The notes beneath the pieces are model-generated. The model was not told where the DNA came from. It saw nothing but the letters and a program-made list of their open reading frames with translations, and ran no database searches. A DNA stretch of 64,000 nucleotides from Octopus sinensis. Taxonomy: Eukaryota. Made by a program: the position numbers and the translations under genes. The stretch spans positions 22,630,001 through 22,694,000 of the forward strand of contig NC_043001.1 in NCBI RefSeq assembly GCF_006345805.1, in the 5' to 3' direction. Shown here piece after piece: positions 38,050 through 50,185 of this stretch; position 1 is the first letter of the stretch; every line of letters starts with the position of its first letter.

Positions 38050-38950
38050 GCTGTTAAGATCAATTCTGGTAGAACAAATTTTCAAACGAAAATAAGTTTT
38101 GTTGCTTATGCAGCAGATGGGGTATCATTCTTGACAGGTCATTAGTGTTTTGTGTAATTAACGGTGATACAACTTGTTGCAAAAAAACTTTAGCTTTAAA
38201 AGGAGCTAACTTATATGCCTCCATTCTCCAGCTAAGGTTTACATTGAGAATGATGAGCAATTTGGATGCTCTCTGATGCATCCTGAAGTCAAGTGACTGT
38301 CAAAGAGATATTTTAATTTAATTTTTTTGAAAAAAGATTAAAATTCTTTTTAAGATTTGAATACTTTGATTTGTGGTGAGCTAAATATATTTAGTATATC
38401 TGGATTATTAATAAAGTACCATTTGTATTTGCAGGGACATAGTTAGAATCTCACTCTATTTTTGTCCAAATCTACATGTTCAAATGCAGTGTTGGTCATT
38501 CCAAATCCTGATCCCAGAGGGAAGGGAAAAAAGTGATCTTTAACTGCATTGCATACAAGCATGGCTGAGAGATTTCAGGCTCTACATTTGATATTAATTT
38601 CAAATTGGGCAATAAATCCATTTTTAAACATTTTTTTTATTGAGTGGAAGAAATTGAAGAATAACTGATTTTACTGCAAAATGTTATTGAGCTGAAGCCA
38701 AAGTTGAAAATTATATGAAGACTTTCAGTTGTAGAAAATCTATAAATTGTATTGTTGGACAGTAAGGTCAAGATGTTCTTCATTGGTTTTCAAACATTGT
38801 ATTGAATAGAATATAGTTTCTTTTCAAACAATGAAGTAGAATTCAAATTACTAAATGTGGAGATCTGAGACACTGTTAGTCACAGACTCAACTGTTTCAT
38901 TGCAAGTTGAGTGAACATTGTTTTGAGAATGTTTTACTTGATTATTTCAT
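38050..38950 (+). mobile_element. decayed hAT (Charlie/SPIN-like) transposase
   Basis: AADGVSFLTGH*CFV resembles TDGAPAMTG..GFV; ENDEQFGCSLMHPEVK*LS resembles E..SEYGDLLYHTEVRWLS; LYLQG resembles LNLQLQG. Many stops. Confidence 0.6.
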
Positions 38951-39959
38951 TGGTTTTTAACAAGAAAACAACCTAGCTTTATAGTTTACCCATGTTTAAA
39001 TTTACAGTTATTGTTTTACATTTTACACTGTAAATTACAAAATTCTTGACAATTTTTTAACAGACCTAATACAGAGAAAGGCACTAGGAAAGGCAATAAA
39101 AGTAAAAATAGGGCTCACTGACAAAAAAGAACTTTGTAAAGAAACAAAAGTAAAAATAGGTGGTAATCATTTTTTTTCTGATGAATGTTGTGTTCTGTCT
39201 AATTATTTCAGGGTATCAGTTGACTTCACATATATATACATTATTTTGTAGCTATGAGCTGCATATAGTAAAGGATGAGACTAAGTAATTTGTTTTACAT
39301 TATTCTTATCAGATGGTCCTTTGCCGTAGTCTTTCTATTTTGTAAAAGATGAGTTAGCATATGTTTATCATTTTATTCTTCATTAAATAATACCCCTTTT
39401 GGAGAAGATATACAATATGAATTAAAAGTTGATGTCAACTTAGATAGGTAAAACAACTAACAAAATATTTAGAACAGCTTCAAAACCAGTTTCTCAACAT
39501 CTTCTGCTGTAATCATTACATATTAATTTGTAAAAAAAATTGTTTATGGTGTTCAGCACATCAGTCTTGTCTTTTGTTGTTTAATAGCTATTTTCATATT
39601 GAAGCATTCTGAACAAGCAAATGAGAAAGGTTCTCATCCTATAAGAAATAGCATCCAAATCTCCCTCTAGAATGTGGAAAGGAGGTCACATAGATAGGTT
39701 GAATGAAAATGATGGGTGTGGGGCTTTGGATGGAACACACTTGAGCATAGGTTTTTCAGTCAAAGATGACTTGGACCTGAAGAAAAACCCATTCTGAAAT
39801 TTCTTCTTTGAATGAAATACTTGTTTTTTTTGTTTTGTTCTTTTTGAAAGCTTTGAGAATCATGTAGAATTGGAGTTTGTCTCACAGTTTGTACTGTTTA
39901 TTAAGTAAAAGTTAATTTTTCCCATTAAACATTGATTTCAAATCTTACAATAATTTTAA

Positions 39960-40790
39960 AGTGGTGAACCACATTATCTTGCAATTGTAGCATGTTGGTG
40001 AATGAGCCTTTGGTCTTCTTTCTGAGTATGGACTAGGGTTTATGTGTGTAGCAGCATTCCAGAAGTGTAGCAGCATTCCAGAAAGCCAACATCTAAAGAA
40101 CAGCTGGGCATAATCTTTAGTCTAGTGTTGGAATTTCCCTGTTTGGTTACACTGTAGTTTATAGAATGTAGATCAGAAAATTCAATTAAGGTGGGTGCAA
40201 AGGTGCAGTTTGACTGGAACACTGATCCAAGAGTTAAGAGACAGATATAACCAGGTTGGTAACTTAACTATGAGGTCTTATCAAAGGTGTTGCCTATTTG
40301 TTAAATACACTACTATCACTGAAGTTCTCAAGAGCAAGATGACATAGGTGTGACAAGTTACTTGTGGATCTGATTTACTGAAACTGTACAGGTAGGTGAT
40401 CATTGAGAAAGGAGAGAGACTGAAGATGATTCAGTTTTTAGGGTTTTCCCCTTCATTTATGAGATACTGGAATGAAGGCAATAAGGTACTAGTTGTTGGG
40501 GTCAGAGCAGTTACTTTTTCTTTGAATTGGGGAACAACTTAGAGTGATCATAGAAGTTTTATAGTTGTCTTGTATGTATGTTGTGAAATTATTGGAGCAA
40601 TGAAGGAAAGTTTGGAAGGAATTTTTGTTGTGTGCAGTTGAAAGCAAACCAGGGAGCAAGTACCTGTAGAGCCATCTTGCTTGAGGAATGGCAAGTATGG
40701 TGATTCTGTATTGTTAGCAGTCTTTTTTCTTTTGATAAAGGAGGACCTTGACTGTAATTTGGGAGGTGAGAGGTCTTGCTAGTCATGAAA
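39960..40790 (-). mobile_element. decayed CR1-like RT fragment
   Basis: VPQFKEKVTALTPTT region reads, with a frameshift, like VPIPKKGDRSDPSNYRPIAL. Confidence 0.5.
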
Positions 40791-41194
40791 TATGTAGAGA
40801 CATAAAATGTTTTTCTTTTTTGTAAGCTATTATCATGAAGTGATATAATAACTAGATTACTATATAATTAACCCCAGCGATTAATTTAAAAAAAAAAAAG
40901 TGGAATTAATAATTCAATTTAAATTTGATACTCAGAAGAATTATTTGCAACCAACAGAACAAATTGAAAATTGTTTACAATAACCTCTCAAAAATTGAAT
41001 TATCTTTTTGTTTATAAATAAGAAACACTTTAAATATGAATAGCTCTTAGCTTGATATAATTCCATTTCTTTCATTCTATTAAAATTGCTTTGTTGCTTT
41101 CTTTTATTTTCTTTTTTACAGTTATATTTTAATTGTTATAAAACTTTCTATTCCATAGAGATATTATTCTCAAATAATTTTTTACTCTCTTTAA

Positions 41195-41637
41195 CCCATT
41201 TAATAGCAACCTATCTGAGACCACTCATTGTTCTATGACACTTTTTGTTTAACCCTTTTGTTATACCACACATCTGTTGATGCCTTTGTTTTAATTAATT
41301 TTGAAAATTACAGAGATTATTAAAATAACTTTGTCGTTATTAAGCTGGTGTTTTGAACATAAATTGACACAAAATTTTGATAGAAGGTTCTAGATTAAAT
41401 TCAATTTAAATTCAATTTAAAACAGGAAGTTTTTATTGAAGAACCAGGAACAGTTCCAGGTGGGTTGGTATTGAAAAGGTTAAAACAAACTGAATTTAAA
41501 TCCTCCTTCAAAATTTCAGTCCGTTTATGTTCTAAACACCAACTTAATAATGACCAAGATATTTTACTAAATACTTCATTATTTTAATAATTGAAATGAA
41601 GGTAGCATATTCCATCAGAAATATAGTGACAAAAAGG
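41195..41637 (+). mobile_element. piggyBac-type MITE family P2 containing an inverted P2 copy (41253-41479)
   Basis: TTAA at 41191, 41249, 41480 and 41638. Both copies match the 52201-52370 element. Confidence 0.8.
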
Positions 41638-41865
41638 TTAATCTACCCCTAAAAGGAACTCGTGTAAATTGCATTTTTAAGCCCCACCAAATTTCATCTG
41701 GAGCACTTCATTAAAATGTTTTTATTCTGCAGTCAAACTACAATATTTACTGTATCTGTGCACCTTATCAACATAAACTCTTAGAAACTTAGATATGTGA
41801 GATGAATAAATATTAGCAATTATTTAGAGATCAATATTAACAATCATTTTACACAGAAAAAAAAC

Positions 41866-42283
41866 AGGCGCAGGAGTGGCTGTGTGGTAAGTAGCTTGCT
41901 AACCAACCACATGGTTCCGGGTTCAGTCCCACTACATGGCATCCTGGGCAAGTGTCTTCTGCTATAGCCCCGGGCCGACCAATGCCTTGTGAGTGGATTT
42001 GGTAGACGGAAACTGAAAGAAGCCTGTCGTATATATGTATATATATATATATATGTGTGTGTGTGAGAGTTTGTGTGTCTGTCCCCCTAGCATTGCTTGA
42101 CAACCGATGCTGGTGTGTTTACGTCCCCCGTCACTTAGCGGTTCGGCAAAAGAGACTGATAGAATAAGTACTGGGCTTACAAAGAATAAGTCCCGGGGTC
42201 GATTTGTTCGACTAAAGGCGGTGCTTCAGCATGACCACAGTCAAATGACTGAAACAAGTAAAAGAGAGAAAGAGAAAGAGAGA
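41866..42283 (+). mobile_element. SINE family A, young full-length copy
   Basis: AGGCGCAGGAGTGGCTGTGTGGTAAG A box, GGTTCAGTCCC B box, CTGGGCAAGTGTC CORE-like part, internal (TA)n(TG)n, GA-rich tail, CpGs retained. Confidence 0.92.
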
Positions 42284-42574
42284 CTAACTGAAATATAATA
42301 AACCTAAAGTACAAACAAATACATTTAATTAAGAAGCTGAGATTATTCATTAACGTGTAGAGTTGGTTGAAAGAAGCTGGCTCTTCTACTAATTTAGATA
42401 AAGTTTCCAACCTTCACTTCCTCATATCTTAAGATAAGAGTAGGCAGGCAGGCTTATAGCTAACTGAATTATTTTGCCTAGCAGGACTGTGACCGCTTAC
42501 TGTTCTCATTTACTACAATAAATGACACAATTCTTCCCATTCTGTATGTATGTATCTAATTCGAGTACAGGTGT

Positions 42575-42716
<142 letters not shown>

Positions 42717-42819
42717 CTTCTTAGTTAGATGATATAAGTATACTGTTTCTGCATTATGTCTCTTGAAGATTATCCAAATGAAACTTTGAATGTTTGCTTT
42801 GTATTTAGATTTTCTGAAC

Positions 42820-43315
42820 AGTCGTAGGAGTGGCTGTGTGGTAAGTAGCTTGCTTACCAACTACATGGTTCTGGGTTCAGTCCCACTGCGTGGCGCCTTG
42901 GGCAAGTGTCTTCTACTATAGCCTCGGGCCGACCAAAGCCATGTGAGTGGATTTGGTAGATGGAAACTGAAAGAACCCCGTTGTATATATATGTATATCA
43001 TCATCATCGTTTAGCGTCCGCTTTCCATGCTAGCATGGGTTGGACGGGTCAACTGGGGTCTGTGAAGCTGGAAGGCTTCGTCAGGCCCAGTCAGATCTGG
43101 CAGTGTTTCTACGGCTGGATGCCCTTCCTAACCCCAACCGCTCCGCGAGTGTAGTGGGTGTTTTTTACGTGCCACCTGCACAGGTGCCAGACAGAGCTGG
43201 CGAACGGCCACGAACGGATGGTGCTTTTACGTGTCACCGGCACGGGGCCAGGCGATGCTGGCGACGGACACGAACGGATGGTGCTTTTACGTGCCACTGA
43301 CACGGGGCCAGACAT
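42820..43315. mobile_element. SINE A 5' half (+, 42820-42996) abutting a young family B copy (-, 42997-43315) with ~60-bp tandem modules
   Basis: Units at 43196-43256 and 43257-43315 share CACGAACGGATGGTGCTTTTACGTG. Confidence 0.85.
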
Positions 43316-44174
43316 ATATTTTACCAATATATATATATAGATAAAACTTACTTCGAAGTGGATGCGTGGCGTTTGATCATATAATAGCAAAATAATATAT
43401 AAAACATATCCATATATACATACATATATGTACATACCTACATCTATATGTATATATACATGCATATATGGGCGGGCACAGGACATCAACAAAACGAGAA
43501 ACGAAAACATGAAAGCAAAAATATGAAAACAAACTTTTTTCAAACAACGCAAAAACAGAGTACAAGACATCACAATGAATATTCCCCTTCTTCAGTTGCC
43601 CGCATTTCGAAGGTAAGGGCAAGACGCAACTTCGTTGAAACAGTTCTTCCCGCAAAGCAAATTAAATAAAATTTGGGATTTTTTGCAGAGGGGTAACAGT
43701 GGTAACAAGAACAGGACAGTAAAAACAATACAAATAAAAACAGTAAAAGACAGGACACACACACTCACATAAAGGGACTCAATGACCACAGCATTCAGAT
43801 ATTGGCTGAATTGAAATGCTGGTGGTCAAACTTCATTATGACCATTGTATCGTGTACCTCGGAAGGGCACATCACAGTACTTTTTTTGCTGGGTTCTGCT
43901 CATAATTGTGATCGAGTAGGTACCAGTTGTAGGACAGATACCATGAAAGGAGCTTCTATATAGTCACTTGTCTTGCTAATAATAGGAACCAAGTCTTTCT
44001 CAAATCCAATCTTACTCTTGGATAATAGGGTCCTGGATTCCCTAAACCTGTAGCAGATGAGATGATGATAATGGCTGGAATGCCTTTGGTCATAGATCTT
44101 CTACAATCAATGCTAACTAGGGGTTGGAAAGTAATACAACCACCATCATTAACAGCAACAACATATAGTATTTC

Positions 44175-44821
44175 CTACCTCGAAATAAAGAGGTCAAATC
44201 CTATGCACTATGGATCTCTATTGCAAGCAGACCTGGACACAATGCAGCAGTGGATCATGGACTGGCAACTCAAGCTGGCTGTGGACAAATGTACCACCAT
44301 GCATTTTGGGAGGAGAAACCCAGCGTCCACCTACTCCCTCCACAACACTAGTCTCAAAAAGTCTTCAAGTGAACGTGACCTGGGTGTTATTGTCGACAGT
44401 GATTTGCGTTGGACAAAACACATCGCCAAAATTGTCAAGAAGGCTGAGGGTGTCTTGGCATCACTCACCAAATCCTTTGTGAGCCGCTCTCCGGCTATCT
44501 AACACCCGTGGACATATTTACAAAGTAAGAAAATAGCACGGCTCCCATGACTTCAGGAAACATTTTTTCACGCTGAGAGTTGTTGAAGCGTGGAACAAAC
44601 TGCCGGCATCGGTTGTTAATTGTCGGAGCACTGCATCCTTCAAAACTTCCATGCTTCCTGAGATTTGCCAACACTACACTTGATTTTCTCCCCTCCATAC
44701 ACGCACAAGCATGTTCACTTTCCAGACATTTCTACATTACTGCATGTACTTTATATGCACTTTCTGTCAAGTTGTGGTGCACCTGAGCACTGTATACAAT
44801 AATTTCATTATTATTATTATA
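44175..44821 (+). mobile_element. 5'-truncated young CR1 LINE with an internal deletion
   Basis: LQADLDTMQQWIMDWQLKLAVDKCTTMHFG..ERDLGVIVDSDLRWTKHI..SFVSRSPAI joined to NTRGHIYK..FFTLRVVEAWNKLPASVV..SFK, followed by a 3'UTR and (ATT)n tail. Confidence 0.92.
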
Positions 44822-45699
44822 TATATAAAACTGGAGATAATCAAAATGGTTAACATACAGGACTTGATGACACCATGTAAATAGTGAAGAGTTCCAGCTA
44901 TGCTACTGATTACTATTGCCCAGTTTGACATGGCTTTATGGCCCTTGAGTCGTGTTAGAAAAATTCAGACCAAATCTTTGGCCTGAGGACAACCCATAGG
45001 TGATTTGTTTTTTTGTCCTCCTCCCAGCATTCTTGGAGGTCCCACAAAGAGTTCAAGAGTGCTACCCTTTTTTCTTTGACTATGTCAAACAACTTTAAAC
45101 CTTTGGTTATGATAAAAAAAAGTTAGAGAACCACTTCCATAGCACAAACTGGGAGATGTTACATGACATCTAAATAAGAAAAAAAAAATAAAAGAAAAAC
45201 TTTCTATGTTAATTTGTAAATTTTCAGACCCAGCTACCCAAACTAACAAAGAACAACCGATGCAAAATTTCTAAAGTAAAGGATCAAAAACTCAATTTGT
45301 TAGTGATATTTGTTTATGTGAATTGTAGGAATAGGCTGTGGACCATACTGCATAATGCTCTTCCAGGTGGATTTTGTAGCAGTTTGCTCAGCTGTTGTCT
45401 GGCATTCAACTTCAGTAACAAGGTTAGCTTTGGCCAACAAAACACAGTGATGTAATGACTGATACTGGTTAAGTTTATATACACAGTAGAATGAAAAGCC
45501 AAGATAACAGGGAGCCAGCCAAATGGTCAATGGGTTGGTGGTTTACATCTTGATATGGATATAGTGTAATGTCCATAGCAGAAATAGTTGTTTTTTAACC
45601 CATATATACCACTGTAAAACTAATACAATATTTTATTAGTTGAAATGGTGAATTTAAACTCTACCGAAATTGATCAAAAGTCAATGGAAATTGTAGTTG

Positions 45700-45873
45700 T
45701 GATACCAGTGCTGGTGGCATGTAAAAGAACCATCTGAACGTGGCCGTTGCCAGTGCCGAGTCGACTGGCCTCCATGCCGGTGGCATGTAAAAAGCAGCCT
45801 CCTGGCTTCCCAGACCCTGGTCGAACCGTCCAACCCATGCTAGCATAGAAAACGGATGTTAAACGATGATGAT
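45700..45873 (+). mobile_element. retroposon family B
   Basis: Ends CCAACCCATGCTAGCATAGAAAACGGATGTTAAACGATGATGAT. Confidence 0.85.
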
Positions 45874-46571
45874 CTTTGTGAGTATCTTGGTGACAAATAG
45901 GGTTACATCAGGCTTAATTAGCTCCAAATTTACTATAGACAACAGGGTCCTACTAGAGTAGCTTACCCAAGACATTGTATGAAGATAGAGTTTGACTAGC
46001 CTAAATATATTATGTGAAGTGTCTATGCCATCAGTGATGTCCTCCATGAGGGCTCAAACACTGATCTAAAGACAAACAAAAAAAATATCTATGGCATTCA
46101 TTTGGAATTGTGAATGATTTTGTAGCATGTACCAATAATTTTCTAATTGTTTTAGGTGCCCATATAGTCATGAGCAGTCAAAACCACTGACTCAGTTCCC
46201 CTACTTTTGACTCAGAGGAACATCCAGGACACAGTGGCTGGAGGGAGAGAGTGAAAGTAGCATTGGTAGTCAGTTGTATTTATTTCAACAGTGTAGTCTG
46301 GAACCACATGAAATGAAAAGCCTTGCTCAAGGACACAACAGACTGCCCGGCCTAGGAATCTAATGTACAATCTTATGATCATATGTCCAACACTGTAGCC
46401 ATTGGAATATGTGCATTCACATACACACACTCACTTAAAAGGCATGGTTTGTTATTGCCATTCTGCTGAGACATCACCACTTTTACCAAAAACACACTTC
46501 CTAATAAGCCTGTATATAAGTCTTTCTATTAGAATTATTTTCCTTAGTTGAAATCCAAATCAAAAACTTAC

Positions 46572-46700
46572 CTGGATACATCTTGCCAATTTCATCAATG
46601 AAATTTTTGTCAAAGCCAGCAATGATTGAACCTCCAACAGGGACCATGAAGTTTTTGTCAGTGCTCTGGACAAAGGCATCAATTCTGCCAACACGTGCAG

Positions 46701-46701
<1 letters not shown>
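46572..46701 (-). CDS. SEPSECS: internal coding exon of O-phosphoseryl-tRNA(Sec) selenium transferase (SepSecS / SLA-LP)
   Basis: 130 nt, phase 0 to phase 1, translating to [43 protein letters not shown](G). It matches the recalled human [44 protein letters not shown], including the PLP-binding DKNF lysine. Donor CAG|GTAAGT at 46571, acceptor TAG at 46704-46702. Not in the ORF track because it has no in-frame start within the length cut-off. Confidence 0.92.
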
Positions 46702-46704
<3 letters not shown>

Positions 46705-46747
<43 letters not shown>

Positions 46748-46979
46748 TATGTATGTATGTATGTATGTGTGTGTATATGTTTGTGTGTCTGTGTTTGTCC
46801 CCCCAACATCGCTTGACAACCGATGCTGGTGTGTTTACGTCCCCATAACTTAGTGTTTCGGCAAAAGAGACTGATAGAATAAGTACTAGGCTTACAAAGA
46901 ATAAGTCCTGGGGTCAATTTGCTCGACTAAAGGTGGTGCTCCAGCATGGCCACAGTCAAATGACTGAAACAAGTAAAAG
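46705..46979 (+). mobile_element. 5'-truncated SINE family A inserted at the SEPSECS splice acceptor
   Basis: (TA)n-(TATG)n plus the family A 3' domain, flanked by AGCCTA direct repeats at 46699-46704 and 46980-46985. Confidence 0.9.
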
Positions 46980-48109
46980 AGCCTAAATATTCTAAACTTG
47001 TTCTTGATCATTTTATTTTGTAGTTTCAATTGATATCTACTTTCTACCAAAAAAAAAAATAAATAAATAAAAGAAGCAGTAAAATTCTTATTTCTTATGT
47101 TCTAAATTCTTCTATTTAGTACATTAGCAACACATAGATAAGTTTCTGTATTAGTCTTTATTTTCAGAATAAGTAGCAGATGTCTTTGCTTTTAATAGAC
47201 TTTCTCTGATTATGTTAATTTTTTTTTTTCATTCCTATCTTTTGTGAAGCAACTTTTTATACAATTTCTTACGTCATTTTTTGCAGCATTGTGTGTTTTA
47301 CAGGTGTGTTCTGCTATTGTCAGAGACACCTTTCCTTGAAGAAAAGCACTTTTACTCATGCAGAAATTTAAATTAAACCCTCTGAATTAATTAGCGATCT
47401 TACATTTTATAGTGATGTCATATAGTCTTAGAGACTATGGTATGTTCACATCTAGTATTTAATTAACTTAGATTTTGGAGGGGTCTTTCTTGCCTTCCCT
47501 GACAAGAATTGACCAGTAAAATTAATTTTTCTCTTCATTATGAATGTAATTTCCAGTTTACTTTTTTTTCTTATTCCATTCTATTAATTGTATGTTCTTT
47601 ATAGAAAAGACACCCCCTGGAAAATACTCTCCAGTCTAATAAAATTGAAACTTATATCTGGAGTTGTTACTATAGTTTTTAAAGAGCAGATTTCCTCTCC
47701 ACTGTATTTCTTCCATTTGCTTTTAATTTGGATTTCAGAGTTGTCTCACTTGCCACTTCTGGCAAGAATTTGATCACTACAGTTAATGATTTCTTTTCAT
47801 TACTAGTATTATTTTAATTAAATATAAACAAGGCCATTACAATTAGTTTCATGGCCATTGCATGAGTTTATTTAAATAGAAATTTCGATGTCCTAGATTA
47901 TCTCCCAGTCAAAATTTATACTGGGATTTTTGATTTGTTTGAGAATTCAATTTATTATGAAAATCTAATAGAATTAGATTCAGAACAGGAATTATAAGAT
48001 TGTAGCAAACTTGTAAAAGCCATATTAATTTGGAAACAGTTTTGGAAACAGTAGAATTAAAGGTAATGATAATGTTAATATAATATTAACAATATTACTT
48101 CCTTTCATT

Positions 48110-48465
48110 ATCATCATCATTGTTTTTGTTATTGTTTTAGTATCCATTTTTCCCATGCTCACATGGGTCGGATGGAATTGATTGAGGCAGATTTTCTTTG
48201 GTTGGATGCTCTTCTTCTTGCCAACCTTTACCTGTTTCCAAGTAAGTTTATATTTCTGTATGACCAGACATACTTCCTTGGAAGACTACTAAATAGATTA
48301 AGGAAAGGGCATAGTAACACACATACATGTACACATCTATATATGTATGTATAACAGGCTTCTTTCGACAAAATCCACTCACAAGCTTTTGTAAAAAACA
48401 TATACCCAAGGTACCATACAGTGGGACTGAACCAGAAAACCTGTAGTTGGGAAGCAAACTTTTTA
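48110..48465 (-). mobile_element. composite SINE: family A head + family B-type tail
   Basis: Same module order as 24298-24616. Confidence 0.7.
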
Positions 48466-49744
48466 CTATGCATTTATACAGTTCTATTAAATGCAAAGTA
48501 TGTAATGACTACTGAACCTAAGTAGAAATTTAAACTAAGTTATTTGTGTAACATTTACATACAAATTTAAAAAATATTATTATGAATTGGTCCATAGTAT
48601 ATGCTCCCTTAAATAAAGCCAGTTACATAACATTTGTTCAAAATTGTTAGTAAATTAGGTTAGCATTGAAGCTTTCTAAATTAGTTTTGGTTTTCATTTG
48701 ACAAGAATTGCTTATGACTGTCCTTAATTTTACATCTTCATTTAAGTTTCAGCAATTAAATTCTTAATAATATTGATTTCTTGTGAATTCAGTATTACAT
48801 TATATATCTGTTAATTAGTATGACATACATTCTAAATGCAAATTGGTTAACTGTTGTTCTACTGTTGGGAATTTCAATTGTTAATTTAAAAAAAAAGGGT
48901 GTTGAGTTTTTGTTTTTATGTAGTTGCTTTTAAAAATATACTTTCATTTATGATTAAAAATCAAATTAGTTGGTAGACAAGACTTTGTAGTTGGAAACAG
49001 AAGAGTAGAATAGTCAGAAAATGCATTTGGTGGTGGTGGTGGATGAGTACCAATTATACATTTGGTTGATTCAGTCAATCATTTATCTCTTCCAAATAAG
49101 TTTTTGGTTTCATTTCAAAGTAAGAAATCAATATTTGAAATTTTCCTTTTGTAATGGCTGTTATTAAAAAGTTCATGTCTGCATGGTTTCAAACTCCATT
49201 CTTACAATCCTATTTGGACAAATTATTTCTGCCATAGCCCGAGGTCAATCGAAGCCTTGTGAAATTTTGTTGATAGAAACTGTGTGAGTATCTCTAGCAG
49301 CATAACACTACTTGTAGCTGGATGGTAAACTCTGTTGCTTGGTTTAATGTTGCCACTTGGTTTTTGAGTGTCTTTACCTGAGCCCATTTTGTTGTAAGCA
49401 TTTAGGCCTGGTCACTGGTCTAAGAGTAACTACTTTTCTATCATCTGATTAATTTAGAAAGGGTCTTGGGTGTTATCCTTCTATGACTAAACCTTTTTTT
49501 TTTTTTAATGCATGTCTGATTCCTTACAGCCTGTCATAAGTCTGTCATAATGTCTTCCTCAGGACAACTAAGTAGTCTCTCAAACCTTGGGATGTTTAGA
49601 AGAGAAAGAAATGAAAACTGTGATGATCATGCCTTTTCTGTGTAAATTGAAATAATTTCTCTGAGGGATTTTTTTCTTAATGCCTTATACCTGGCTCTCT
49701 GGTTTCTATGGTCCACCACTTTTTTATTTCTTAAGCAAATTGTA

Positions 49745-50185
49745 CATATTATGTGGTAAGAAGCTTGCTTCCCAACCACATGGTTCTGGGTTCAGTCCCA
49801 CTGCATGGCATCTTGGGTAAGTGTCTCCTATAGCCTCAGGCTGACCAAAGTCTTGAGTGGATCTGGTAGATGGAAACTGAGAGAAGCCTGTCATGTATAT
49901 ATGGCAACCGTATATTTTCTTTGCGGTAGCACACCTGATTCTGTCTTCATTCCTGATCTTTCTCTCTCTGGCCAGGTAACCTTGTACTTCCTCTTCAGCA
50001 AGACACATATACACATATGTGTGTCCCCACCATCTCTTGACAACGGTTGTTGGTGTGTTTATATCCCTGTAACTTAGCAGTTTGGCAAAAAAGACCAATA
50101 GAATAAGTCCTGGGGTCAATTTGTTTGACTAAAGGCAGTGCTCCAGCATGGTCACAGTCAATATAACAAACAAATAAAAAAAAAA
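49745..50185 (+). mobile_element. SINE family A with a ~90-bp foreign insert in its microsatellite
   Basis: Head and tail match family A. 49903-49995 has no counterpart in the other copies. Confidence 0.8.

Noticed and set aside
38060-38281. Minus ORF QRASKLLIIL..EAYK..PHLLH superficially like the next SEPSECS exons
   Set aside because: Similarity is far below that of the true exon, and the + strand of the same DNA matches hAT transposase motifs.
43585-43625. CGAAA..CTGAAGA on the minus strand as a hammerhead
   Set aside because: Only 9 nt separate the motifs, too few for stems I and III and a cleavage triplet.
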